In this document: piece by piece, positions 12,563-24,118 of the stretch | Layout of the letters: the number at the start of each line of letters is the position of its first letter | Position numbering within the stretch: position 1 is the first letter of the stretch | DNA from: Podarcis filfolensis | Taxonomy: Eukaryota | Assembly: GCA_964270895.1 (NCBI GenBank) | Contig: OZ185447.1 | Direction: 5' to 3' (one strand) | DNA: 64,000 nt | Program-made: the position numbers and the translations under genes | The notes under the pieces: model-generated | What the model was told of the DNA's origin: nothing | The model's database searches: none | The model's input: only the letters and a program-made list of their open reading frames with translations

Positions 12563-13665
12563 CTGTGTATGTGAATGAGGAAGCATATATATGTATTACA
12601 GTGCTCTCCTACTATTAGCAATTTCTTTTAAAAAATACAATCCCTGACTTGCAGGGGCAGCAAGTGGGAGACCTCCATGGCAAGAAAACCTAACAGTCAG
12701 CCAAAACTCAGGGTTTCAAGACCTTGCAGGGTTTTGTCTCTGAAAGTATAGCATAGAGTCATCCAACCTCAGGAGGAAGGATGGAGTTAATCCATCTCAC
12801 AGTGCATTTTTTAGGTGTTCAGAAAACTTCCTAAAGGCAGTACAACAGAAGGGAAGCTTGGATGTGAAGAGGGAAGGATGACTGTCACTACAGCTGCACT
12901 GCTCCCAAGGTGCACTGAGCACCTCAGAACCACAACACAACTGTGGGAAGAATTCCCCATCTTCACTCTTCAAAGAACTGAGACTTTCAACATAGACAAA
13001 GGAAAGAATAGGTTGTCCAGCAAGGCATTGGAATTTGTAGACTTGTAGACTACTGCCCCCCCTCACTGTCTAAACATACCTAGGCTCAGGTCATTAAGTG
13101 GCTATACATTTATCACCTACCTCCAAATGATTTGGCAATATGAGCACAACAAATTCTGTTCTATGCTTCTCGAATATGTCAGCATCACAGTTCAACTATC
13201 CTGTGAGTCTCTAATACAGACATCTGGTACAATGGTGTTCTGTATCATCTTCCAGTGCCATCAAGATTGATAGAAATTTGCAGCTATCAGGACATCAGGC
13301 CCCCAAAAACTGTCTAATATGTGCTTCGGCTATCTAAAAATAGACATGCAAAGGCAAATGCAGAGGGTATTTTATCCAGCAAGCTTCTTCGTGGTTTAAA
13401 CCTCCCTAAAAAACAGCATTTCATGAACTCTAATCTCAAGCTACCCAACAGGAGTGCAGAGGCTCAGATCAAGTTCCAGTATGGAGACATCTGGAAAGTT
13501 TTCTCCCCTTTAGGTTTGCTTGAAATAATAGTTGTTGATACCCTGGGCTCACACAGAACACTTCTCAAAACGTTTGCAACTCACAAATGCTGATCAAAGA
13601 TTGCTGGGAGGTTTCAATTTGAACCATATGATCATATGAAACAGGTTTTATGGGAAAACCATAGG

Positions 13666-13970
13666 CATGTAAGAAGAGCCTGCTGGATCAGGCCAATGGC
13701 TCATCTAGAGCAGCATCCTGCTCTCACAGTGCCCAATCAGATGCCTGAGTGAAACCAACAAGAAGGATTTGAGCACAAGAGCATTCTCTCCTCCTGTGGT
13801 TTCCAGCAACTGGTATTCAGAAACATTGCAGCCTCAAACTATGGTGGCAGAGCATAGCCATTGTGGCTAGTGACCATTAATAGCCCTCTCCTCAATGAAT
13901 TGGTCCCATCTTCTTTTAAAACTATCCAAGGTGGTGGCCATTGCCGCCTCCTGTGGCAACAAGTACCATA
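13666..13970 (-). mobile_element. CR1 LINE 3' fragment
   Basis: AAGAAGAGCCTGCTGGATCAGGCC... reptile CR1-type 3' end; a similar copy lies at 53168. Confidence 0.6.
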
Positions 13971-16778
13971 GTGGAGGCAATCTGGATACAAAAAACCCCC
14001 AAGCAAAAACAAATATTTTGTTTCAAAGCAGCTGACTGGCCTATGTGATATATTTTAAATAAAATTCCTCCTCATTTCTACCCACTAACTGATCAAACAA
14101 TTGATTGTCTTAACATATGCCTGAATAATGCCTACAGATAGACTGCTCCACATATATGTAAGATAATGAAGTTTTAAAACTCTCTTCACTTAAAATATTT
14201 ATTAACCGGGCCAGAATGTTATATATGCATGTGTCACAGCGGTTGCCATGTTGGCCCCACAACAGACAAGAGTTACAAAATAATTAGAATGAATTTTATG
14301 GACTCAATTTTGTCCATCCCCTAAGTTTGCTTTTCTTGAATGCTTCTGCCTGATGACACTTTCCGTGAAACTCAAAAATAAAGATACAATATAATTCTTT
14401 ACCCAATAACTCAACTCTGTCCTCCAAGCAAGGACAAAAACCCTAAAATCATCTGCTTGGTGGATGCGAACAGCTTCACTGGCAGTCCCAATGGGAGCCA
14501 GAATGGAAAAGAAGAGAGGGAGCCTTGTTCTCATAGGCTGTGGAGAGACAGCCACAGCTGCAAGCAGCTTCCTAAATCTCAAATGGTTGAGAAACTTCAA
14601 ATAAATAGAGCATGCCAATACAGAAGAGTAGTGTGGGGTTAACAGGGACAGAGACATAAATGACTGCAATTTTAGCAAGCCATGAGGGATCATTCTCAGG
14701 GGTGTGCCAAGGCGTGCATAGCCTAGTAGCAATGTAAGAGCTGCTTCAGGAGAACTACTTGCCAGTGCAAGAAGTCTAAAAAACCCACTTGTTTGTTTGC
14801 AATTGTACCAAGTGTTAAAAATTCTGTAGGTGATGGCTGCCACATTGGTCCCAAAGGCAGGCTATGTGGTGTAGGCAAAATGAAAATATGATGCCTTGGG
14901 TTGGTACAATACGCAAAGTTTTGACAATACACATAAGGAGCCAATATATGTAGAGTATGCTGCCTTACAAGTATATTTGCACAATGTGAACATCAGTTAC
15001 CATGATCAGTTATGTATGTACTGGTGCAGTAGCCAGTTGCTCTGCAGAATTCTGAAATTTGGCTCCTTTGAATTCTGCCTGTGGCCGAGCTTTTTGGGGA
15101 AAAAAACCTTACAGGGTTGCTTACTGCTACACTGACCCATGTTAATCCAAAATTACCAAGATAACTATTTCCAAACATCAGAAGACTTCCAGCTGCCACT
15201 TGGGCTCAACCTCGCCTGGGTTAACACAGAACACAGTTATCTAGGCATAACAATTCAACATTCCAGTATGACGTAAAACAATTGCCAACTTCTCTTCTGC
15301 AAGGTGACCTGAGTCTCACCTGCTAGGGCTGGGCAATATCTGCTTTTCAACATCGTGATGTATCACCAGCGAAACATTGTGATACACTGTTGTGATATAT
15401 CTGAAAATGAGGAGGAAGGAGGACTGCAAAGTGGTTTGAACTGGCTTGGTAGCCAGCCAGCCCACCATCCGCTTCTGCCGCTTAGTGAATGTATTGGTAG
15501 ATATTGCTTAAGAATTCCACCCCACTATTTTATTCCATTAACGTCTATTTTCACCATGAAGGGCTGGGGATGGAAGCAAATAATTTCCCCTTATCTCGAC
15601 CTTGCACCTCTGTTATCAAAATGCAACTCGGGCACAAACTCACTGACATAAGGCAAATAATACAATGAGTTCCTGACTCTATCTGTAAAATCAGAAATCA
15701 AATCTCCCAGAGTTGTGAGAATTAGAGAAAGGATTAAAATGTGCCTTGTAAAAGGGCTACTGTATCAATTATAACTGAGAATTCAACATAGAAGTGTGAT
15801 CCCTGTTGAAGTTTTGCAGACTGTGCGCAGAGGGAGACATTTCTTTTGCACACCAGAGAGTGAAGCAACAGAGTGCTACATGCAGAGGAAGTGCTCAGAC
15901 AAGGCAGGCTTTCAGTTTTTTCTGTCCTTTTATGGGCACTCAGCTGGAATCAACTCAGTTCTGATGCTTACGGAAGGCCAGACATGAGTGAGTCAGGCAA
16001 ACTGGTTAGCTTTTTCCCATGTCCTGCTCAATGCTGGGCTATTATGAGTTGCTAAAAAGGACTGTGAGGGTGGAAGACAACAAGAAAGCGGGAACACAAT
16101 GGGGCAGCCAGAAGAAGAGAGGACCAGAACCAGTCTCAGTAAAGAAGCGATTCTACTCACCAGATCAAAAAGTATGCATTTTCCACTCAGTTAGTCACAC
16201 CAGTTAAGGAGCTATGGAAGTTTAACCAAGCCATGCCTACAGCCCCCTTGCCCCAGAACAGTTCTAAAATTAACCCCCATCAGCTCCAGAATAAGTGGCC
16301 ATCTTCAATTGTCTCCACCAGTTCATAACTGGGTACTGGACACAAATCACCATCTTGACAATCTCAACCTTCATTAAAAAAAAGTATATGAAAATCAAGC
16401 TTCTAGCTCTTAATTAAATAACATGCTTGAAATTTTGGGAAGTATCAAACTAAGTTGGGTGGTCTGAAGATTTCCCTAGAACAAGCAGAATGAACCCTGC
16501 AAAATGAGCACACGTGCAAATTTCCAAGGTTCACAAAGATTGTAGCCAGCGTTTGAAATTCACCGGGTGCCAGGCACATTTTGCACCTGGCCACTTGCAA
16601 CCATGTGAAGATGCCTGGGCGCCAGGATGGCACCTGATGTCTTCACTATCTGAAAGTGCATGCCTGGGGATCCATGGACCTTGACTGTTTTCACACAGTA
16701 GTTACACATCCTGTAGAATTCTATGTGTTATATTTTATCTGCACAATCACACTGAATTTCAGGAATCAAAAAGTTGTT

Positions 16779-16993
16779 CAGTGGTACCTCGGGTTACAGA
16801 CGCTTCAGGTTACAGACTCCGCTAACCCAGAAATAGTACCTCAGGTTAAGAACTTTGCTTCAGGGTGAGAACAGAAATCACACGATGGCAGCGGGAGGCC
16901 CCATTAGCTAAAGTGGTACCTCAGGTTTACAACAGTTTCAGGTTAAGAACGGACCTCCAGAATGAATTAAGTTCTTAACCTGAGGTACCACTG
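16779..16993. mobile_element. Tigger/pogo-like MITE (CAGTGGTACCTC family)
   Basis: TIRs CAGTGGTACCTC / GAGGTACCACTG followed by TA. Confidence 0.85.
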
Positions 16994-18024
16994 TATTGAA
17001 AAATAGGACCTTCCAGCTGTTTGACCCAAAAATGACAACTAGGCATTCCATTTTGATGTCTGTAACCCTGGTTTAAAGAGCCATTTGGCACCTAAATTGT
17101 GTAGCTGAGTTTCTATCACTGGTTGTAGCCTCCAGCTTTCATCGGTACAGATTTTTGTGTGTTTTTTAGTCGCGCAGAGTATACTGACAGGGCTGTTCCG
17201 ATACTACACTGACAATATGCAAAAAGAAAAAAAGAGTTTAACCAGCAGTAAGCCATTCTGCTTTTCTGTTCTTCTGCTCTAAATAACACAATACAGGTTT
17301 ATCTTTTCATAAAAAAACCCAAAGTCTGTACTAAAGACTAGGAAAGTCAAAATATATTAATGGCTGCCTTCACCTGAACAAAGGCAAACTGCCTTAATTC
17401 TCTTACAGAGAATATCCCCTACTTCACATGCTCTCATTTTTACAGAAACATTTACCCCTCAAGAAGGATTGTACTCCATTAAGCAATTCTATCCCAAAGT
17501 TCTCATCTTCCAGGGAGGAACTGGCACTCTCTATGGTGGAGATGGGTACCATATGAAGGAGTGGACCTTATGCTCATTCACAAGTACCAATAGTTCATGG
17601 TTAAGACCTCACTTTTTGTGACATTGAAGGAAACATGCTAATAACAAACCCGTGCAAATTTACTGTATGAAGAAAGCTGGTCAGGTACAATATGAAGCTG
17701 CCTCACACCTGCCATGGGAAAGATTGGACAACCATCTTTCATGCATGATTAAAATAAGCCATCCAACATTTGAGCAGAAAGGACTCTTAAGTCCCAGGCA
17801 CTATTTTGCCTCAAAGTATTCCCCACTCCCCGCAAGGTACTATTTTCAACACATGAGAAAGCCAAGCCACAGGAAATAAGCCCTCTTATTTCATGGTCAT
17901 ATGTGGGCTGAAGGCGTTAAAATTAGTCCAACTGGTGGACTTGTTTACTCACACAGAAAGTAATTGTGTGCTTCTGGCAAGCTATCGGAACTAGCTACGC
18001 CTTCTTGACTACTTAAAATAAATA

Positions 18025-18733
18025 CCGTATTTTTCGCCCTATAGGACGCACTTTTTCCCCTCCAAAAATGAAGGGGAAATCTGCGTGCATCCTATGGGGG
18101 GAATGCAGGCTTTTGCTGAAGCTTGGAAAGCGAGAGGCGTCGGTGCGCACCGGCCCCTCTCGCTCTCCAGGCTTCAGGAAGACATCCGCAGCCTAGGCAG
18201 CCCTGCGGGAGTTCCGGCAGGGCTGTCTAGGCTGCGGATAGCAGCCTGCTTCCCGGAGCGCCGGGCGCGCTGAAAACAGAGCGCCCGGCGCTTCGGGAAC
18301 ACATCCGCAGCCTAGGCAGCCCTGCGGGAGTTCCCCGCAGGGCTCCCCACGCTGCGGATAGCAGCCTGCCACCCGGCGCGAGGGGCGCCCTGAAGCAGAG
18401 CGCCCCTCGCACCGGGCATACATCCACAGCGTGGGGAGCCCTGCAGGAGTTCCCTGCAGGGCTCCCCACGCTGCGGATAGCAGCCTGCCACCCAGTGGGC
18501 GGGGCGCGCTGAAGCAGAGCGCCCCGCGCGCCGGGCAGACATCGGCCAGCCCCACAAGCTCGGGGGACAGCAGGGAGGCGCAGCGCCGCCATCCTGCTGT
18601 TCCTCGACCTGGTTCGGTTTCCCCAACCTGGTTTTGGGGGGGAAATAAAGGGGGGAAATTTCCTTTATTCCCCCCCAAAAAAAAACTCGGTGCGTCCTAT
18701 GGGACGGAGCGTCCTATGGGACGAAAAATACGG
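18025..18733. mobile_element. Tc2/pogo-like MITE with three internal 119-bp hairpin modules
   Basis: TIRs CCGTATTTTTCG / CGAAAAATACGG; TA left, TG right; modules start at 18183, 18302 and 18421. Confidence 0.9.
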
Positions 18734-19442
18734 TGCACAGAACTCAGAGAGGTATGTGGGAGGGCCTTCAGTGTGGTTATTTCTGCCCTAGATGCCCTTG
18801 GGGGAAGTCTAGTAGGAGCTACCAGATGGACAAGTGGACAAAAAAGTCTAAACCCTCTGGCAAGAACTAAGCCACTTTTGCATCCAGCGGTTTCTAGAAT
18901 TCCTGTCACACAAAAAGCAAACCTAGAGCTATCTGCCTCAGCCAGCAAACTTACAACACAACGCTATTTCACCTGTGGGGCAGCTCAGTCCACCTCCTGA
19001 CCTAACACTTCAGGGCTACCACCTCCCCTGTGTCCACTCCAACTCATAGTGGTTTTGTGTTCCCCAATATGCTCACACATAACGCCATTAGAAGAAAATA
19101 ATGTGAAGGAGACAGGGTTTTACTACTACCCCAAGCAGCAAAATATATGGAACACAGAAAACGAAAAGGAATAAAAGGCTCAGAAAGCCTAATGTGTGCA
19201 AGGGCCATGTACTGAGGAACAGTAATATAAAACTAAAAATGTAAGAAAAGTGCAGCCACATGTATGTGAATGTGTAGAAATAGCAACTACAACCATCATC
19301 CCTGACCACTGGTCTTGTTAGCTAGGGATGATGGGAGTTGTGGTCCCAAAACAGCTGGAGGGCCAAGTTTGGCCATCACTGATTTATAACATAGACATAA
19401 TAGTCACTATAATTTGCTACCTTCCACACATTCACATACCTG

Positions 19443-19484
19443 TGGTATCTGAAGAAGTGTGCATGCACACGAAAGCTCATACCA
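19443..19484 (+). ncRNA. Minimal hammerhead ribozyme (CTGAAGA core, 6-bp helix I)
   Basis: TGGTAT-CTGAAGA-A-GTGTGC-AT-GCACAC-GAAA-GC-TC-ATACCA. Confidence 0.8.
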
Positions 19485-19579
19485 AGAACTAACTTAGTTG
19501 GTCTTTAAGGTGCTACTGGAAGGAAAAAAAAATTTTTTGTTTTGACTATGGCAGACCAACACGGCTACCTATCTGTAAC
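19447..19579 (+). mobile_element. 133-bp PLE-derived retro-insertion made of a hammerhead plus 3' tail
   Basis: 12-bp TSD CATACCTGTGGT at 19435-19446 and 19580-19591; near-identical to the reverse complement of 20769-20916. Confidence 0.9.
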
Positions 19580-20880
19580 CATACCTGTGGTTTGTTAATT
19601 TTGGTTTTATTTTATATTTGTTAAACAGTGATCTATAATTGTATATGGACTAAGTATATTGTCCCCAGATCCTATTTGATAACATTGTATTTTGTAGAAG
19701 AAATAAAAAACAAAAACAAAAACAGCGAGTTCTACTACAGTTAGAGAAGATATATGTGTTGGGGGGAGTGGGGAAGAAGAGTATGAGTGATCCTTTTCAA
19801 TCCATTGCTATGTGCTCTGCTGAAATGTTTTAACAACCTTCACACTGCTGTCCAAAAGGGGAAAAAATGTAAAACTTCCCATGAATTTTCTAATAGTTTA
19901 GTTGCTTTTAGATAAGAGATTGCAACACTAAGAACAGGCACCACACAGCAGATTCAAGTACTGAGTCACTCCTCACTAGGCCTTGGGCTCTGGGCATCCG
20001 GGACAGAAACTTCTGGGTCACTTTGTTAAGCTATACAAAGCTCTCCTCTAAGAGAACATCTTGGCACTTAGCTGTGCATCCTTCATTCCCTGAAGCCACT
20101 ACAATTGGGTACAGATGATGAAATCAAAACCTAGCGTCTCCAGGTGGCAGATTGAAACAGAAAGGGGGCACATCAGACTTCCTAGAGAAACACAGCACTC
20201 CCATCTAGATGAGGCTACAAATTCAGAGAGCAGTTAACTGGCAACATGCAATCAAGCTGGCAGCCTCCTCGTCTCTCACATGGCATGCAGAGGAGAAAAA
20301 GAACCATTCCTTGATGGCCTCCCTCTCACAAGCTGCCTTGCAAAAAACTACACAGGCTTGTCTTCTAAAGTGCATTCCCCTGATCTCCTGACCTGAAACC
20401 CTGATCTAATTATTTTAATTGCTATTTTAACAGGTTTTATTGTGCATTTTATTATGAATGTTTTCTTTTTTTAAAAAAAATAATTTTAATTAAGTTTCCA
20501 TTTACCAAATTAAACATATCATACCAATTAGTCCAAATTGTATCAATACACATCATAAAGTCCAAATGTTTTCCAAATTAAAATTTTTTTGTGGGGTACC
20601 CATGCTTCGCGATCGTCAGGAGCCCAATCATCCATATTTCTGCTGCTTTCCTGTTTACAATGATGTTTTCAGTCCCATCTTCTCAACTCTTTGTCGTTAC
20701 TCATTTTCCTTTTCAGTCACCTCCGAGTTCTCGCCACAAGTGGATTGAAAGAAACAGTCTTATTTATAGTTACAGAAAGGTAGCCGTGTTGGTCTGCCAT
20801 AGTCAAAACAAAAATTTTTTTTTTTTTTTTTTTTTCTTTCTTTCCAGTAGCACCTTAAAGACCAACTAAGTTAGTTCTTG

Positions 20881-20918
20881 GTATGAGCTTTCGTGTGCAT
20901 GCACACTTCGTCAGATAC
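20881..20918 (-). ncRNA. Minimal type I hammerhead ribozyme, sense to LASP1 pre-mRNA
   Basis: Exact reverse complement of 22942-22979. Confidence 0.85.
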
Positions 20919-21444
20919 ACTGAAATAGAAGTTGCCAGATCCTTCTATATAGTGAGAAGGTGGGGAGGGGTATTACTCAGAAGGGTGGTGGGAATGGGTG
21001 GTTGGCAGATAGCTGAGATGAGCCTGTTGACGGCTCTTAACGACTGCAATAGGTCTTACAGGAAAAAGCAAGGGGTGAGAAGGTGAAAAATGGCTTTGTC
21101 ATGTATAATGAGATAAGAATCCAATGTCTTTGTTCAGACCAGGTCTCTCCATGGTTTTAAGTTTGGTAATGAGTTGCAATTCAGCAGCTTCTCTTTCCAG
21201 TCTATTTCTGAAATTCCTTTGTAGTAATACAGCTACTTTGAGATCTTGTATAGAATGTCCTGGGAGATTGAAGTGTTCTCCTACTGGTTTCTCTGTCTTG
21301 TGATTCTTGATGTCCGATTTATGTCCGTTTATTCTTTGGCGTAAGGTTTGGCCTGTTTGTCCAATATAGAGAGCTGAGGGACACTGTTGGCATTTGATGG
21401 CATATACAATGTTAGACGATGAGCAATTAAATAGTTAATTATGT

Positions 21445-22761
21445 TTACAAGCTATAAGGAACACCATTTCAGACAAAACCACAGCGGACTTTGCCACCAA
21501 ACTCTGCCAATTTGTCCTTACCCACAACAACTTCAAATTCGGTGATGACCTGTTCCTTCAGATCAGCGGCACAGCAATGGGCACCCGCATGGCCCCACAG
21601 TATGCCAACATCTTCATGGCAGATTTAGAACAACGTTTCCTAAACTCCTACCCACTCAAACCTCTCTTGTACCTGCGATACATTGACGATATTTTTATCA
21701 TCTGGACACATGGTCAACAGACCCTGGACACCTTCCACCAGAAATTCAATGATTTTCACCCCACAATCAACCTAACAATGAATCAATCTATGCAAGAAAT
21801 ACATTTTTTGGACACTACTATAAAAATACAGGATGGACGCATAGACACCACCTTATACCGTAAACCAACTGACCGACAAACATATCTACATGCCTCTAGC
21901 TACCATCCCAAACATACCAAACAGTCCATTGTATATAGCCAGGCACTACGTTACAGCCGTATCTGTTCCAACTCTACAGACAGAGACTCTCACCTAAGAG
22001 ATCTACAGCAAACCTTTTTAGAACTAAAATACCCAGCAGATGAAGTTAGACAACAGATCAACAGAGCCAGACAGATACCCAGAGAGAACTTGCTGCAAGA
22101 CAGACCCAAAAAAGAAAATAACAGAACACCTCTAGTCATCACATACAGCTCCCAAGTCAAAACAGTACAACGCATCATCAGAGATCTACAACCTCTCCTG
22201 GACAATGACAGTTCTCTTTCTCAAGCTCTGGGAGGAAGACCTTTCATTGCCTACAGACAGCCACCCAATCTTAAACAACTCCTAACCCACAATAATACTA
22301 CAACCAGACGTAACACGGACACTGGCACCAGAGCCTGCAATAAACCCAGATGCCAACTTTGCTGCCACATACACCCGGACAACACCATTACTGGCCCCAA
22401 CAACATCACACATACCATCTCGGGACTATTTAATTGCTCATCGTCTAACATTGTATATGCCATCAAATGCCAACAGTGTCCCTCAGCTCTCTATATTGGA
22501 CAAACAGGCCAAACCTTACGCCAAAGAATAAACGGACATAAATCGGACATCAAGAATCACAAGACAGAGAAACCAGTAGGAGAACACTTCAATCTCCCAG
22601 GACATTCTATACAAGATCTCAAAGTAGCTGTATTACTACAAAGGAATTTCAGAAATAGACTGGAAAGAGAAGCTGCTGAATTGCAACTCATTACCAAACT
22701 TAAAACCATGGAGAGACCTGGTCTGAACAAAGACATTGGATTCTTATCTCATTATACATGA
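21445..22761 (+). CDS. PLE ORF fragment: reverse transcriptase C-terminal half + Cys linker + GIY-YIG endonuclease
   Basis: Stop-free frame; GTAMGTRMAP and YLRYIDD RT motifs; CNKPRCQLC linker (suggests Neptune-like clade, inference); VYAIKC...LYIGQT...R...H GIY-YIG motif; 5'-truncated. Confidence 0.9.
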   Translation, partial: LQAIRNTISDKTTADFATKLCQFVLTHNNFKFGDDLFLQISGTAMGTRMAPQYANIFMADLEQRFLNSYPLKPLLYLRYIDDIFIIWTHGQQTLDTFHQKFNDFHPTINLTMNQSMQEIHFLDTTIKIQDGRIDTTLYRKPTDRQTYLHASSYHPKHTKQSIVYSQALRYSRICSNSTDRDSHLRDLQQTFLELKYPADEVRQQINRARQIPRENLLQDRPKKENNRTPLVITYSSQVKTVQRIIRDLQPLLDNDSSLSQALGGRPFIAYRQPPNLKQLLTHNNTTTRRNTDTGTRACNKPRCQLCCHIHPDNTITGPNNITHTISGLFNCSSSNIVYAIKCQQCPSALYIGQTGQTLRQRINGHKSDIKNHKTEKPVGEHFNLPGHSIQDLKVAVLLQRNFRNRLEREAAELQLITKLKTMERPGLNKDIGFLSHYT

Positions 22762-22941
22762 CAAAGCCATTTTTCACCTTCTCACCCCTTGCTTTTTCCT
22801 GTAAGACCTATTGCAGTCGTTAAGAGCCGTCAACAGGCTCATCTCAGCTATCTGCCAACCACCCATTCCCACCACCCTTCTGAGTAATACCCCTCCCCAC
22901 CTTCTCACTATATAGAAGGATCTGGCAACTTCTATTTCAGT

Positions 22942-22979
22942 GTATCTGACGAAGTGTGCATGCACACGAAAGCTCATAC
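22942..22979 (+). ncRNA. Minimal type I hammerhead ribozyme (PLE pLTR)
   Basis: GTAT-CTGACGA-A-GTGTGC-AT-GCACAC-GAAA-GC-TC-ATAC: helix I GTAT/ATAC, 6-bp helix II, palindromic AGCT helix III; predicted cleavage after C22975. Confidence 0.85.
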
Positions 22980-23866
22980 CAAGAACTAACTTAGTTGGTC
23001 TTTAAGGTGCTACTGGAAAGAAAGAAAAAAAAAAAAAAAAAATTTTTTAGTCTTATTTATATCTCTGTGTGGGCTTATTATGAATGTTTTCAATGTTTTA
23101 ATAAAATGGTTTTATTGCATATTTTGATTGTGTGCTGATATATTTTTATAACTGCTTAGAAACCATTTTAGCAAGTAAGTGGTATAAGAAACAACAACAT
23201 TCCCACCTTAGAAGTCAGATTACCTGCCCCAGTACAAAAATGTGGCCTCAGCAAAGAGGATTTCTAACTAGAGGAACCCAGAGCAAGGCCATTCCAAAAA
23301 GTACAGCTGCACAAAAAGTAACACCTCAAGAACTTCAGCATTAAAACACACACAAACTGCTGAAAGACCTCCTGGTTGCAATCCACAATCAATAGCATTT
23401 AGGTAGAATGTCTGCTAAACATGGCACTGTGTGACCCTTTTTCAGATGACTTTGAGATCAAGGTTAAGATAAGAAAAACAGTGATTTGGGGGAAAGAAAT
23501 CCAGTCAGGGATTGAAAATGACAAGGGAGAGATTAAGCAGCTGAAGAAAAACAACCTACCTAAGCCATTGTGGAACCCTATTTATTTAATTTATCCTAAT
23601 AAAGGGTCTGCCGTCCTTTTTGAAGCAGTAGACATGTTCTGAATTTTGAGACGGTGCTATGGGCACTGGTCACAAAATGGCTGCCATGGGGATGTGGCAT
23701 AACACAACTTAAGAGCAAAAGTCATAGGTGCTTGATTACTCCACTGCCCCCAGAAAATATCATGATTGCTGTGGGAAGTCACCTATGTCCTGTTGGTCCT
23801 GACTGTGGGGATCATACATTACACAGATACACACAGTTGCCATCTAACAGGGAGCTTTCTTTAGTA

Positions 23867-24116
23867 CAGTTGTACCTTGGAAGTCGAATGGAATCCATTC
23901 CGGAAGTCCGTTTGACTTCCAGAATGTTTGGAAACCAAAGTGCAGCTTCTGATTAGCTGCAGGAAACTCCTGCAGCCAATTGGAAGCCGCGGAAGCCCCG
24001 CTGGATGTTCGGGTTCCAAAGAATGTTCGCAAACCGCAACACCCACTTCCAGGTTTGCGGCATTTGGGAGCCAAAACATCCAAGTACCAAGGCATTCAGG
24101 ATCCAAGGTACGACTG
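23867..24116. mobile_element. Tc1/mariner MITE
   Basis: TIRs CAGTTGTACCTTGGA / TCCAAGGTACGACTG; TA on both sides. Confidence 0.85.
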
Positions 24117-24118
24117 TA

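Larger units (their letters stand above)
20769..23048. mobile_element. Penelope-like retroelement, 5'-truncated, with inverted 3' end/pLTR
   Basis: 13-bp TSD AGTCTTATTTATA at 20756-20768 and 23049-23061; RT + GIY-YIG ORF on +; about 20806-21435 is the reverse complement of 22425-23048; a hammerhead motif in each arm. Confidence 0.95.

Noticed and set aside
14350-14373. CTGATGA...GAAAC hammerhead-like motif
   Set aside because: Helix II cannot close properly and the flanks do not form helix I, so it is a chance match.
20883-21086. 67-aa ORF repeated at 22774-22977 on the minus strand
   Set aside because: It only reflects the inverted PLE arms (antisense to the pLTR) and is not a gene.
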